Assembly: GCF_001194135.2 (NCBI RefSeq)
Contig: NC_068981.1
Span: 36,530,912 to 36,571,112 of the forward strand
DNA from: Octopus bimaculoides
Lineage: Eukaryota
Direction of reading: 5' to 3'
DNA length: 40,201 bases
Positions 23,455 through 35,262 of this stretch are shown in pieces. Position 1 is the stretch's first letter. The number at the start of each line of letters is the position of its first letter. The notes beneath the pieces were generated by a model. That model saw only the letters and a program-made list of their open reading frames with translations, was not told where the DNA came from and did no database searches. A program made the position numbers and the translations under genes.

Positions 23455-24091
23455 TTGATCTAGAAATGGATATACAGAGATACAGATATAGATACAGATA
23501 TACACATGTATAATAAATATTAAAAAAAAAACAATATATACATAGATACATGCAAAATGAGCAACACAGACATGAAAATTGGATCAATACCCCATCAGCT
23601 GCATAGCCACACATTTAAGCTCACAACCAAGCACAAACTGGACATCAGCAAAAGAAGTAGTAAACATTGTCTCAGAGTGGAGGCAGATGATGCAAGGGTT
23701 GGTGTGGGTTAAATAGAAAGTTGAAGATTCTATGGCTGTTAATGCTGTGTAAATGTGATGAAAGAAGAGGTGGTCGCTGCTGAAAATGACATCAGTGTTT
23801 ACGAAGAGTTTACCTAATAGTAATAATGCAAAAGATAACGCTAATGCTACTGCTGGTGATGCTGATGAGGATGGTGGTGGTGGTGGTGGTGGTGGTGTGG
23901 GGGTGATTGTAGTAGCGGTGTTGATAATGGGATTGGTTTCATAGTTCTAATAGTAGTCGTGGTAGCCTAACATCTGTTGCATCTACAATGGAATTATACT
24001 TCCAGATTATGTCTTTGATATCAACTGGAATCCAAGATTGCAAAACAGCAACCCTGCTGAGAATATTTTAGTATGATCACAGCTCAGTATT

Positions 24092-24093
24092 TC

Positions 24094-24152
<59 letters not shown>

Positions 24153-24153
24153 T
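24092..24153. repeat. (CTTT)n microsatellite
   Basis: Direct reading. Confidence 0.95.
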
Positions 24154-24709
24154 GCAAGGTGGTAAGTTCAAATAAAGAAATACCCAATATCCTGTTTTCT
24201 AAGAATCAATAATTTGCTATTCTTCTCCCTTAAGATAATCCACCATTACCATCGCTAGTCCTCATATTACCTTCTGGAAATAGCAGCTAAATGTTCCTTT
24301 AATTATAGCCATACTATCTTAAAAAGGAAAGGGTACATTGCATAATGTAATCTTAGAAAATATGTAATACCTAACAGAAAAATGGGATAGTCATGGTTGG
24401 AATGCTTTTGATCATAGATTTGGTTGGAGCTAAACAAGGGCTACAACAACATTACATTGGTTCCATAGTTAAAAGACACCCTTAGATCCATCAAACTTCT
24501 ACAATACTTCACGTATCAGTTTAATTTGAAGTTCAGTGAGCTTAAGAAGAAGCCTCTACACAGCCATTTGCCCTGCTTGAAATAGTAATTAAATCTCCTT
24601 AAAACATATCCTATAATTTTAACATGTTAACCACCACTGTTACTGGAACTTCCCATTTTTATAATGTGATCTGCTACCCTGGTATTTAATTCCCAAACTT
24701 TTGTTATTC

Positions 24710-25198
24710 TTTTATTCTTTTATTCTTTTACTCTTTTACTTGTTTCAGTCATTTGATTTCAGCCATGCTGGAGTACCACCTTAAAAGTGTTAGTCGAAGA
24801 ACTCGACTCCAGGACTTATTCTTTGAAAGCCTAGTACTTTTCTATTTGCTTCTTTTGCTGAACCACTAAGTTATGGGGACATAAACACACCAGCATTGGC
24901 TGTCAAGCAATGGCCAGGGGACAAGCACAGACACACACAAATATATACATACATATATCATCATCATCATCATCATCATCATCGTTTAACGCCCGCTTTC
25001 CATGCTGGCATGGGTTGGATGGTTTGACTGAGGAATGGCGAGCCAGATGGCTGTACCAGGCTCCAATCTGATCTGGCAGAATTTCTACAGCTTGATGCCC
25101 TTCCTAATGCCAACCACTCAGAGAGTGTAGTGGGTGCTTTTACATGCCACTGGCACAAGGGCCAGTCAGGCAGTACAGGTAATGGCCATGCTGAAATG

Positions 25199-25238
<40 letters not shown>

Positions 25239-25585
25239 TCTCTGAGTGGTTGGCGTTAGGAAGGGCATCCAGCTGTAGAAACTCTGCCAAATTAGATTGG
25301 AGCCTGGTGTAGCCATCCGGTTGCACCAGTCCTCAGTCAAATCGTCCAACCCATGCTAGCATGGAAAGCGGACGTTTAAACGATGATGATGATGATGATG
25401 ATGATATATATGTATATACAATGGGCTTCTTCCAGTCTCTATCTACCAATCCGCCTCACAAGGCTTTGGTCAGCCAGAGGCTATAGTAGAAGACACTTAA
25501 ACAAGGTGCCATGCAGTGGGACTTGAACCCAGAACCATGTGGTTGGGAAGCAACCTTCTTACCACACAGCCATGTCTGCACCTGT
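24710..25585 (-). mobile_element. SINE family A (tail 24710-24957, head 25406-25585) interrupted by two RTE tails
   Basis: Tail and head match the other family A copies and are collinear once 24958-25405 is removed. Confidence 0.85.
24958..25405. repeat. Inverted pair of RTE tails: 169-nt arms (24958-25126 and 25237-25405) around a 110-nt spacer containing (TA)n
   Basis: Manual alignment gives about 16-17 differences over ~147 non-microsatellite bases (roughly 88-89% identity). Confidence 0.92.
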
Positions 25586-25769
25586 ATGTTTTGTTTTTAT
25601 TAATTAATCAAAGGAGAAGAAGCACTTGGTTTTTTAAGTTGAAAATAAGGATAATGAAGTCGGTAATGAGAGAAAAATGACTGAATACAAATAATTTCAT
25701 ATCTAATAGAAAGAAAAATGATTGCAATCTTCCTTTGTTGGCTGAAAGGTTTTAGATCTTCTCCTTTTA

Positions 25770-25814
25770 GAATGCCCTACTCATATCCTACAACTGGATA
25801 TGAGTAGGGAATTC
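25770..25814. other. 19-bp hairpin with 7-nt loop
   Basis: GAATGCCCTACTCATATCC-TACAACT-GGATATGAGTAGGGAATTC, 18/19 complementary. Confidence 0.85.
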
Positions 25815-27064
25815 TTCATGATTGAGAGTGATGCAGATAATTTAAGTTGGAATGTGGGTGGAGGAGGAATTCTTTCTAAGGAGAGAAGATCATGGGAAGT
25901 GTGTAGTATGAGATCTCAAAGATTATACGCAGTAAGTATAATGTAATGAAGAGAAGCAGGTGAATAGACTGGCCTAAAAGTTCTGAGGTGATATGCAGCT
26001 TTCTAGTTTAGATGTGATGATACCATTGCATTTTTATAATAGAGAGAATGAAAGAGACAGGAAGAGAGAGAGAGAGAGGGGGGAGTGAATGAGAGAAAAA
26101 GAGAAACAAACAAGTGTTTGTGAGTCAGTGATGGCTGTAGTTGTTTAATTCTAAGTTAGCTCTAATATAGCAGGGTTGTGATAAAGGACATTCCTGCCAA
26201 AAACATCCTATCTGTGTTTTATAAATGTAGGGAACCAGGACAATATTATTCACTGTATTTTTTATCCAAGATGGGAAGGTGTAATTGAAGAGAGCTTTGG
26301 TTGCTATTTCTAGCAGGTTGAACAATCATGTAAAGACTTCCTCATAGCATGCAGGTGAATACGTTTTTGCCAATCAGCTGAACTGTGTATTTCTTTGGAT
26401 GCAATTTAGAATTAGTTATGTACATAGCAGGCATATCAGTCTAGATATGCAAACAGTGCTCCAATGTAGAGCAAACTTTAACTTTTATAGAGTGTCAGTG
26501 ACTGTCCTGGATGAATGAAGATTTTATTCCTATAGAAAATGCCTAATCAATAGGTTACAGTTTTGAAAATGTTATGTATTTAAAGTTGATTAGAAAGGTT
26601 ATTAGGAATCAGAAGTTCTAGCATTTGTAATTGTAGTTTATTTTCAGATCTTCTGTTGAAGTATTTTTGCATCATTATGTGTAAGATTGCTTCCTCAATA
26701 TGTATAATGAGTTTATTTTATATTCGCACTGTTGAAGAAAACATGATTGTTGTGACTCTTCTGAAGGTTGTTTCTGTGAGATCTCTTCATGGAATTTCTG
26801 TGAGATTTCTTCATGGAAGCAATGCATTTCTTTATAAGATCTCAAGGGTGTCTGACAACTAAAGGCTGATTAACGAAAATTGAAGTGCAGTATTATGAAC
26901 ACATATGGTAAGAAGGAACAACAAGCATTAATATGCAAAAGATAGAGTGTTGGAGACATCACTTTGGTGTATACCAAAATTTATTGCAATGTTACTTAAC
27001 TTTTTTCATTCTGCATTTTCATCCCTCTTGTATAGCTTGGATATACAATTTATTGCATAATATT

Positions 27065-27244
27065 GGTTTAAAACTTTGGTAGTAAGGCCAGTGCTCAACT
27101 GGTACTTATTTTATCAATCCTGAAAGAATGAAAGGCAAAATCGACCTTAGTGGAATTTGAACTCAGAACATAGAAACAGATGAAATACTGCAAAGCATTT
27201 TGCCCAGCATACCAATGATTCTGCCAGTCAGCTCACAGATTTAT
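27065..27244 (-). mobile_element. SINE family B copy with 17-bp target site duplication
   Basis: Reverse complement of head/core. ATTTATTGCATAATATT at 27048-27064 and 27245-27261. Confidence 0.88.
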
Positions 27245-27749
27245 ATTTATTGCATAATATTAACTGTGTTTTATTAATTTAACATTAGCATATAAATCAA
27301 CAGTAAGGAAAATAAATCAAGCAAAAAGAATCTAAACATTGAAGAATTTTTCAACATAAAAACAATTTCTCAGCTGGAACTCAATTGACTCACACTGCAA
27401 GTGAGAAGTCTGAAAAATATTAGTTACACCAAAGTTATGTCATAAAAACCAAATTTTCTGTCATATCACCTGCAAAACAATTTTGAGAATTTTTTAGTTG
27501 AACAGTTGATCAGAATGGTTTATAACCAGTGATTTGTCTTCAGGAAATCTCATACAGGATGGCTTATACTTTCACTTTTCCATGTTTTAATTTTGATTAT
27601 TTTGTCAAAGGTGGAGCAGAATCCATGATCTCTGCATGTCCTTCTGGCTGGTAAAGTCAATGTTGTTAAAAGCTTAGCTTGAAGCTTCTTGACAAAATGT
27701 GAGCAGAGGAGAAATTCAGATGGATACAGTTATTGAGGAAAATGATTGA

Positions 27750-29130
27750 ACAAAGTGTTGAATGCAAGATTTGGTGGAAACAATAGAATAGAGAAGACTT
27801 TACACTGGTTTGAGTAGAAGTGGTAAACAATTTACTAGTTTAGAGGAGAAGAAATAGTCATAAGAATAGTTGAATAGACAGAGATAGAAAACAATATATC
27901 TATATATTTCTTGTGATGTTTGATGAGTGTTTTAGAATTCGCCAGCTGGCCTATTTTTAGCTCTGGTTTGAGATGTTTGTAAGAAGCAATAAGTAACAGC
28001 TCTGTTCCAGATATATGGTTAATATATTAGTGTAGGTCACTATTGAACTTTGTGAAAATTCAGCTACTATTCATATATGAAATGTATTTTGCTAGTGAAG
28101 CAAAATCCAAGTTTTTGGAAAACAATTTTGGCAATGTGAATGTGCAGTCACTTTAATCATCAGAACATTGTTAGTCGTAAATCTATAAAAGCCTGTTCAC
28201 GAGTAGGGGTCATATTTTTAAAAATTGCTTCTTTATCTTATGTACTTTGTTGCTGTCATATTAGCTGGTTTGTCATTTTCCCTTAGGAAAATGCTTTTGA
28301 TGTCTTTGTTCAGATGTAATGTTTTCCTTAGCAAAGTATTTATAGCTGTTGTAGGTGATGCCTGGGAGGAAGTGCATAGATTGTCAAAACTTTAAGGTAC
28401 TCTAGAGGTGACTGGAAGTATTGTTTGAGGGTTTATGGCTCTTCTTATGTCAAGAGAAACAGCATTGCTTTCAGTGATGATTTCAAGAGTGAAAAACCAC
28501 TTGCATGGCATGGAAAAGAAAATTGTTGGTAGATCTGGTTCTACAAAAAGCATAGTAATGGTATGTGAGGAGGTTAGCTTATTATTTACAAATATTTGAT
28601 GTATTGGAATAAGGGCAATGGTTTAGTAGACGGCAGCCTCAGAGAGCTTTGTCTTTGAAATGTGACATACCACTGAATAATATTTCTATAGGTTTGGTTA
28701 GATCCCTGTAAAGGGTGGAGGTTGAATAGTTTAATAGCAATGGGTTAGGAATGCACTGTTTCTGAGTAATAGTCAGATGAAGATTATGAGGCTTAGCCTA
28801 TTTATTTGGTTGGAATAATCAGGGCAGTATTTTTGCACTAAGTGTATGAAAGAGAAACATATGGTGTTAAAGTGTAGAATTTAAGGGAGATTTTGTTGTG
28901 TGAATTGCGATCCAAATGGACAGCGAATATGGTGTCTTTGTCTAAACTGTGCCACTGACAAATAAATGGATCCTGAAAAACTAGTAGTTATTATTTTGGC
29001 TGGAGATGAGAAAACTGGTAGGAATTAGGAAGGTGAGAAATTCTGCGTCCTTTGATTCCATAGTAGTCACACTGAAGACATTACAAAGATAACCAAACTC
29101 AGTTAAGTTGCTGATGGTTGGTGACTTCAT
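27750..29130 (-). mobile_element. Heavily decayed CR1/L2 (Jockey-group) LINE RT fragment
   Basis: Minus-strand remnants SEAAVY*TIALI (cf. SNYRPIAL), NAVSLDIRRA (cf. VALDISKAFD) and NQCKVFS..LFPPNLAFN (cf. NQYSQSF..VFP.SYDLN), in the expected order. Confidence 0.55.
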
Positions 29131-29652
29131 CTAATTGTTGTAGGCTGTATTCTTTATAGCTGCAGTTCAAGAAGGTAGAGACACAGTAAAATTTGTCTAA
29201 TGTTATGTGTTGCACATGCACAAACTAGGTTGTTGTTTTGCCTAAGTTGTACATCTGCAACCCATAACACTAGAATTATATTTAAAAGTAACAACACACT
29301 TCACAGGTTTCTCAATAAGATAAAACTTAGCCTGTAATAGCTGAAACATAACTGCATCTAAATCTCCTATTGGTTTGTGGAAAATCTTATAAAGGAAAAA
29401 CTAGGAGGCTCTTACAGGTCACACTAGAGGAACATTGAAAAGAACAAATAAAGGGAGAAACATCTAAGCCAGGAATTGCTGGAACATATGATGCAGAAAA
29501 CACAGTCACATACTACAATGGAATGAAATTTCCATAACTGATAGCATCCTACTTGCTGGAAACCTAAACAGTAAGTTTAGTACTAACATCGATTTAGTAT
29601 AGCTGGTGTCAATGAAAAATAAATTTAAATGACATCAAAATTTAAATGTATA

Positions 29653-29685
29653 TATCATCATCATCACCATCACTATCCCCCCCCC

Positions 29686-29720
<35 letters not shown>

Positions 29721-29885
29721 CCATCATCATCATCATCGTCGTCATCATCATCATCATCATCACAATCATTATCATCATCATCATCATCATCGTCGTCGTC
29801 ATCATCATCACCATCATCATTGTCATCGTCGTCGTTATCATCATCATCATCGTTATCCTCATCATCATCGTCGTCACTGTAGTTG
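29653..29885. repeat. Long interrupted (CAT)n tract, expanded 3' tail of the adjacent minus-strand RTE
   Basis: Direct reading; adjoins the RTE tail at 29890. Confidence 0.9.
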
Positions 29886-29889
29886 TTGT

Positions 29890-30230
29890 CAACATCATCC
29901 TTTAGCATGGCATGGATTGGACTGTTTGATCAGAGCTGGCAAGCTGAAGAGCTACACCAGGTTCAAGTCTTATTTGGCTTGGTTTCTATAGCTGGATACC
30001 CTTTCTAATGTTCCAGCAAAGCATACTAGCCTCATTCCTCTCTAGCATTCACATTTCCTCTGCATTCAGGGCACACATCTCATTACCATGTAGAATTGCT
30101 ATTTGTATACATGCATCATATAATTTTTCTTTTGCTCAGAGAGGTCAAAGATCTCTGACTTTTCTAATTTTCTCCATCTTATTCTTATTCAAGCTACTAC
30201 ACTCTCTGTACATCTGCCTCCACAACTAAT
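29890..30230 (-). mobile_element. Internally deleted RTE LINE fragment (RT piece fused to tail)
   Basis: 30030-30230 parallels 32015-32224 (antisense peptides AHISLPCRIAICIHASYNFSF and AHVSLLCSIAVHTQASYNLSF). 29890-30010 is the tail. Confidence 0.7.
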
Positions 30231-30850
30231 TTTGTCTCCTTACCTCTAATGAGCCTCTGAGGCATTTGGGAAAATCAATTTTCTGAGTATCTGTAGTTTT
30301 TATGACTCTTGTACATTACTATCATTAATTTAAAAACAAACCCCAAAAGCTCATCATAGATATTCCAAAACACTTTGATAGGAATTGGGTCGACTTTAGA
30401 CTATAACCAAAAGATCTGATGGTGGCTGAAAATGTGATGGCTGTGCATAAGTGAATTTGAATACAATAGTAAGATAAGTGAATTTGAATAAGATAGTAAG
30501 ATAGGCAAGGTAGAATCCAGGAGACATTCTGCTATAGAATATTGCTTTAAATGTGCTAATAGACATTAATATTCAATACAAATACCAAAACACATCACCA
30601 TATCAAAACCAACCATATGCAAGTACAATAAAAACTGATATAAAAACATTCAATAAAAAAAAATAGTTACTAGGGAATTGGTATGTTATGTTACTCTAAC
30701 AGAGCAAAAGGAATTGGAAAATCCCGGCATGCTATAATGGAAACCAATAACAGCTTGTTTGTAGATTTTCAGAGAAGGGAAGGAAAGGTAGAAATTTTTC
30801 TCATGATGAAAGATTAACAGTGCATCAAACATCTACAATTCCTTTAAATC

Positions 30851-30851
<1 letters not shown>

Positions 30852-30917
<66 letters not shown>

Positions 30918-31005
30918 CATGTACATACACACACATACATGCATGCATACATATATAGATACATACATACATACATACACACATACATACATAAATATAC
31001 GCATG
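30852..31005. repeat. (ATCT)n-(TACA)n microsatellite
   Basis: Direct reading. Confidence 0.95.
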
Positions 31006-31019
31006 CATATACAGTTTTA

Positions 31020-31150
31020 GGTGTTGGCATTGCAGTATGGTCAAGAAGATTGTTTTCTAACCATTTAGACTCAGTATCAGATCCACTTTGGATGAGTGTC
31101 TTGAACTATTGGACCAGGCTAGCCAAAGCCTTGTGAGTAGAAACTGAAAG
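31020..31150 (+). mobile_element. SINE family A head
   Basis: GCAGTATGGTCAAGAAGATTGTTTTCTAACCA...CCAAAGCCTTGTGAGTAGAAACTGAAAG. Confidence 0.65.
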
Positions 31151-31154
31151 ATGT

Positions 31155-32230
31155 CCATCATCATCATCATCATCATCAATTAACGTCCATTTTCCATGCT
31201 GGCATGGGTTGGATAGTTTGACTGAAAACTGGTAAGCTAGGAGCTGCACCAAGTTCTTATCTGATTTGGCATTGTTTCTACAGCTGGATGCCCTTCCTAA
31301 CACCAACTACTCCAAGAGTATAGTGGGTGCTTTTTGGTGCCAGTTACGAAACACTGGCATGGGCCATGATTATGGTTTCATTTGCCTTGACAGGTCTTCT
31401 CAAGCATGCTATATTGCCAAAGGTCTCAGTCGTTTGTCACTACTTCCACGAGGCCCAAAGTTTGAAGAGCACTTTTTACATGCCACTAGCATGAGTGCCA
31501 GTTATGCGACACAGCCATTGGCTATGACTATGAATTCACTTGGCTTGATGGGTTTTCTCAAGCACGGCACATCGCTCAATGTTTGACGGGTGCCTTTTAC
31601 ATGCCACTAGCACAGGTGCTAGTTACATGACACTAGCATCAACCACAACTATGATTTCACTTGACATGATGAGCCTTCTCTAGCATGGCATATTGCCAAA
31701 GGTCTTGGTCACTTGTCATTGCATCTGTGAAACTTAGCGTTCAAAGATCATGCTTCACCACCTCATCCCATGTTTTACTAGGTTTACCTCTTCTACAGGT
31801 TTCCTCCACCATTAGAGATTGGCACTTCTTCATACAGCTGTCTTCATCTATACACATCACATGACCATACCAGTGTAGTCGTCTCTCTTGCACACCACAT
31901 TTGGTGCCTCTTATGCCCAACTTTCCTTTCAACATGCTTACACTCTGTTGAACATGCACACAGACATTGCACAGTCAATGAAGCATACTGGCTTCATTTC
32001 TTTCAAGCCTACACATGTTCTCAGCTGTTACAGCCCATGTTTCACTGCTGTGTAGCATAGCTGTTCACACACAGGCATCATACAATCTGTCTTTCACTCT
32101 GAGGGAGAGGCTCTTTGTTGCCAGCAGAGGTAGGAGCTCTCTGAACTTTGCTCAGCTTATTCTTATTCTAGCAGCTATGCTCTTGGAGCATCCACCTCCA
32201 CTTCTGACTTGGTCACCTAGGTAACAGAAG
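31155..32230 (-). mobile_element. RTE LINE 3' fragment: RT C-terminus, repetitive 3' UTR, (GAT)n tail
   Basis: ORF 31741-31959: LKGKLGIRGTKCGVQERRLHWYGHVMCIDEDSCMKK...RRGKPSKTWDEVVKHDL, the RTE motif RRLRWYGHV.R...RGRP.KTW...V..DL. Confidence 0.92.
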
Positions 32231-32590
32231 CTATCTATGAACTACTTTAGTTTTCCACCATGGTATTTGATGGAGTCTATTTTCTGTACATTTGTGGTGT
32301 TAATTTTACCTATGCACCTTCCATATTTGTCTGTCTGTCTGTATGTATGCATGTATGCATGCATGTATGTATGTATGTATGTATGTATGTAAGTATGTAT
32401 GTAATTTGAAAAGAATCATTAAATGAACCATTGCAAAATGAAAATTATTAGTATTGAGAGCAAATGTAAATTCACATTTCTTAATCTATCTTCCTAAAAC
32501 TAAACTCCATGATAGTATTTCATAAATATAAATGTGGTTCAAAATTTGTGTTAATCATGACAACATTTGAAAAAGATATATTTTTTAAAG

Positions 32591-33030
32591 TGGCAGGTGT
32601 GCCTGTGTGGCTAAGAAGTTTTCTTACCAACCAGATGGTTTTCAGTTTAGTCCTACTGTGTGGCACCTTGAGCAAGTGTCTTCTATTTGTGCGCTGGATC
32701 TACTAGTGCTTTTGATAGATGGAAACTGAAAGAAACCTGCCATATATGTACATATGTATGTGTTAGTGTATATGTGTTAGTCTCCTTGTCTTGACATCTC
32801 ATGATAGTTGTAAATGAGTGTCACTGTCATACAAATAGTGCCATTCATTTTCAGTATTCTGCAAAAATATGTCAGGGTATCAGGAAAATATAAACGTGTT
32901 TGGAAACAGGCAAGGGTTGGCAATAGGAAAGGTATCTGGCCATAGAAAATCTGCTTCATCAAACTCTGTCTGAGCCATGCAAACAAGGAAAAGTGGCAGT
33001 TTAAATGATGATGATGATGATGGTGATAAG
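32591..33030 (+). mobile_element. Near full-length SINE family A variant: tRNA-like head, core, TA linker, body, RTE-type tail
   Basis: GCAGGTGTGCCTGTGTGGCTAAGAAG...GGCACCTTGAGCAAGTGTCTTCTA...GAAACTGAAAGAAACCTGCC-(TA)-CTCCTTGTCTTGACATC...AAAAGTGGCAGTTTAAATGATGATGAT. Confidence 0.8.
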
Positions 33031-33849
33031 GATGATAATATATAAATTTGTTTATCTAAAATGTAGATAATTGCCAAGGGCATAATTTACAAAAGCAAAC
33101 AAAAATAAAAAAATCATGAAGGAGAGAAAACAAGAAAAAAATTAAGAAAATCAGTAAATAACTAAAATAGAAGCATGCACACCACATTCAATTATCATAC
33201 CGGGGTAAACTGGTGTTCCCCTCTAAAAATAGTTTATAAAGATAGAATAAATTCCTCTCACTCTAAAACATCAGAAGCTGTTTCTTTGTGGAAATCTCTT
33301 CCAATACAAAAGAATATCCTTTTATATTTTGTATCGTTTTTGAAAATTTCAAGGATTTTCTCTTTGTTTTGGTTTCTGTTGCAAGCATTTTCCTACTCGT
33401 TCATTTTGTTTCCTTGTTTTTTAAAATGCAGGATATGTTTGTAGAAATCATTTGTTAGTTCTCATCCATATAAATCTCATTCAACTTGGTATTACAAATC
33501 TTTTGCTTCATTTTCTGCTTCCATGTTGCCTAGTAATTCCAGGAAAATAAGACAAAATTGATCTCTAATCTTTGTTTTGATCTGATTGAATTTGGCAAGC
33601 TTTCAAACAAAAAACAAACAAAAACAAAACAAGAAAACCTAAAATGCAAGAAAATGTCATTTAGTTTCCTACTTTGGATGTATTTTGATGAAAAACTTCA
33701 CATTTTCCAGCTTTCTAAATACTTCTTCATTTTAAAATATCTTAGGTCTTAGGTCTAACATGAATCCATCGGCCCAGTAGACTGTAGTTTATTCCACTTT
33801 CCATCATGGCAGGCCGTGCTCTTTCTCTTACATTTGCACACACACACAC

Positions 33850-34595
33850 ACACATGCACGCAATCTGTCCTTTGTCAAAACTACCCTCTGCAACCCATCT
33901 ATCCAACACCCACCATTTATCCCACTACCCATGATCACCACTCTCCCTCATATGCCTATCTGCACACTCCCCATGCCCTCACACATCTACCACACCCCAC
34001 TCCCAGCCACTCCAACTTCTCCCACCATCACTTGCTTCAGCCATCTCTTTCCCATCTCTAGACATCTCCCTTTGCACTCTTATAGAAATTCCCCTCTATC
34101 CCCTCTGTACCACTCATATTCCCCCTCACTGCTACTTAAGGGTAGGCCCTGATACATCTTCAACGCAATCTTTCTCTCTCTCTCTCTTTCTCTCACTCTG
34201 GCTGTCTCACTAACTTTATCTCTCCTTCCTCTCCTCTCGTTTATTATTGGGGTAGCCAAGTATCTTCTCTACAGCAAGACACCTGTTTATATCCTTCTAC
34301 CATAGCACAAAGCCACTTTATTTCAATAACAATATTTCAATACTTTTCGCCACTTTCCACAATTCCACCCCTCCTTCATCTTACAAGTTACTTGGCAACC
34401 CCAATGGTGTCAGTGTTGCATAAGAAGCACGCAGTACACTCTATAAAGTAGTTGGTGCTATGAAGAGTATCCAGCCATAGAAACCATACCAAAGCAGACA
34501 GTGGTGTCTGGTGCCAAATCTAGTCAAATCATCCAGCTCACGCCAGCAAAGAAAGCGGACGTTAAATGGTGAAGAGGATAATGATAATGAGGGTG
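33850..34595 (+). mobile_element. RTE-family long C/T-rich 3' UTR and tail
   Basis: Tail GTATCCAGCCATAGAAACCATACCAAAGC...AAAGCGGACGTTAAATG. The upstream CAAGTTACTTG motif is shared with 38275-38285 (reverse). Confidence 0.7.
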
Positions 34596-34810
34596 TGTAA
34601 GTGACCAACACCACAATACTCTTTAATGAATAGGACACTAGCCCATTGCAAAGTTAAACCCCACCCGTTGTTGATACTCAATTTCAACTGCTAGGATGAA
34701 AGAATAAGAAAAGAAATGTTTTGCCCTAGAATGCAGCCCACTTCTTGATCTGAGGATCAAAATGATGACCTTATGATCAGTAGTCCCGCTAAGTTATGTG
34801 CAATTATTTT

Positions 34811-34916
34811 ATATTATATTTTAAAATTTTGATATTATATTTTAAAATTTTGATATTATATTTTAAAATTTTGATATTATATTTAAAAATTTTTATATTA
34901 TATTTTAAAATATAAT
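34811..34916. repeat. 21-bp AT-rich minisatellite (ATATTATATTTTAAAATTTTG, ~5 copies) ending in a perfect 20-bp palindrome
   Basis: Units start at 34811, 34832, 34853, 34874 and 34895. ATTATATTTTAAAATATAAT at 34897-34916. Confidence 0.92.
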
Positions 34917-35219
34917 ACTACTTAATTCAGTTATATTATATTGTAACTAAACTTGTGTTAGTGTCATTTTATTTCACGTCCCTATTCCTGGTCAGATTTG
35001 GTTGGTATTGTGCTGAGGTATCCCATCATTTCCCATTTCCTTTCCTTTAATTTATGTTTCCTTTTGATATATTATCATAAGGTAATTGAAAAATACAGCT
35101 AATCTAACAAACAGAAATTTGTTTTATAAATGTGGATGAATATATGGTTTAAAATCTTGCCCTTATGAGCTTCTGGGGTTCAATCACCCAATACAGAACC
35201 TTGGACAAGTGTTTCTTAC

Positions 35220-35262
<43 letters not shown>

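Noticed and set aside
17784-24070. Further + strand exon candidates (17784 onward, 20974-21000, ~24005-24070, also ~27611-27650)
   Set aside because: Several mutually exclusive phase-compatible options exist, which shows how easily such chains arise; not supportable without RNA data.
25770-25814. Helitron 3' terminus
   Set aside because: No CTRR end about 10-12 nt after the hairpin on either strand.
26656-26862. 68-aa ORF and possible 33-nt exon 26648-26680
   Set aside because: No recognisable motif, includes a local tandem duplication, and nothing distinguishes it from chance.
28157-28163. Other CTGATGA words (also ~23863, ~35674, ~39263)
   Set aside because: No GAAA box at a suitable distance with pairable stems, so not hammerheads.
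29629-29991. Poly-His / poly-Asp / poly-Ser / poly-Met ORFs
   Set aside because: They are all frames of a (CAT)n tract that is the tail of an RTE element; no evidence of a real protein.
31330-31730. CRISPR-like repeat array or prokaryotic system
   Set aside because: The repeats are long, imperfect units in a LINE 3' UTR with no unique spacers or cas genes, and the window is eukaryotic.
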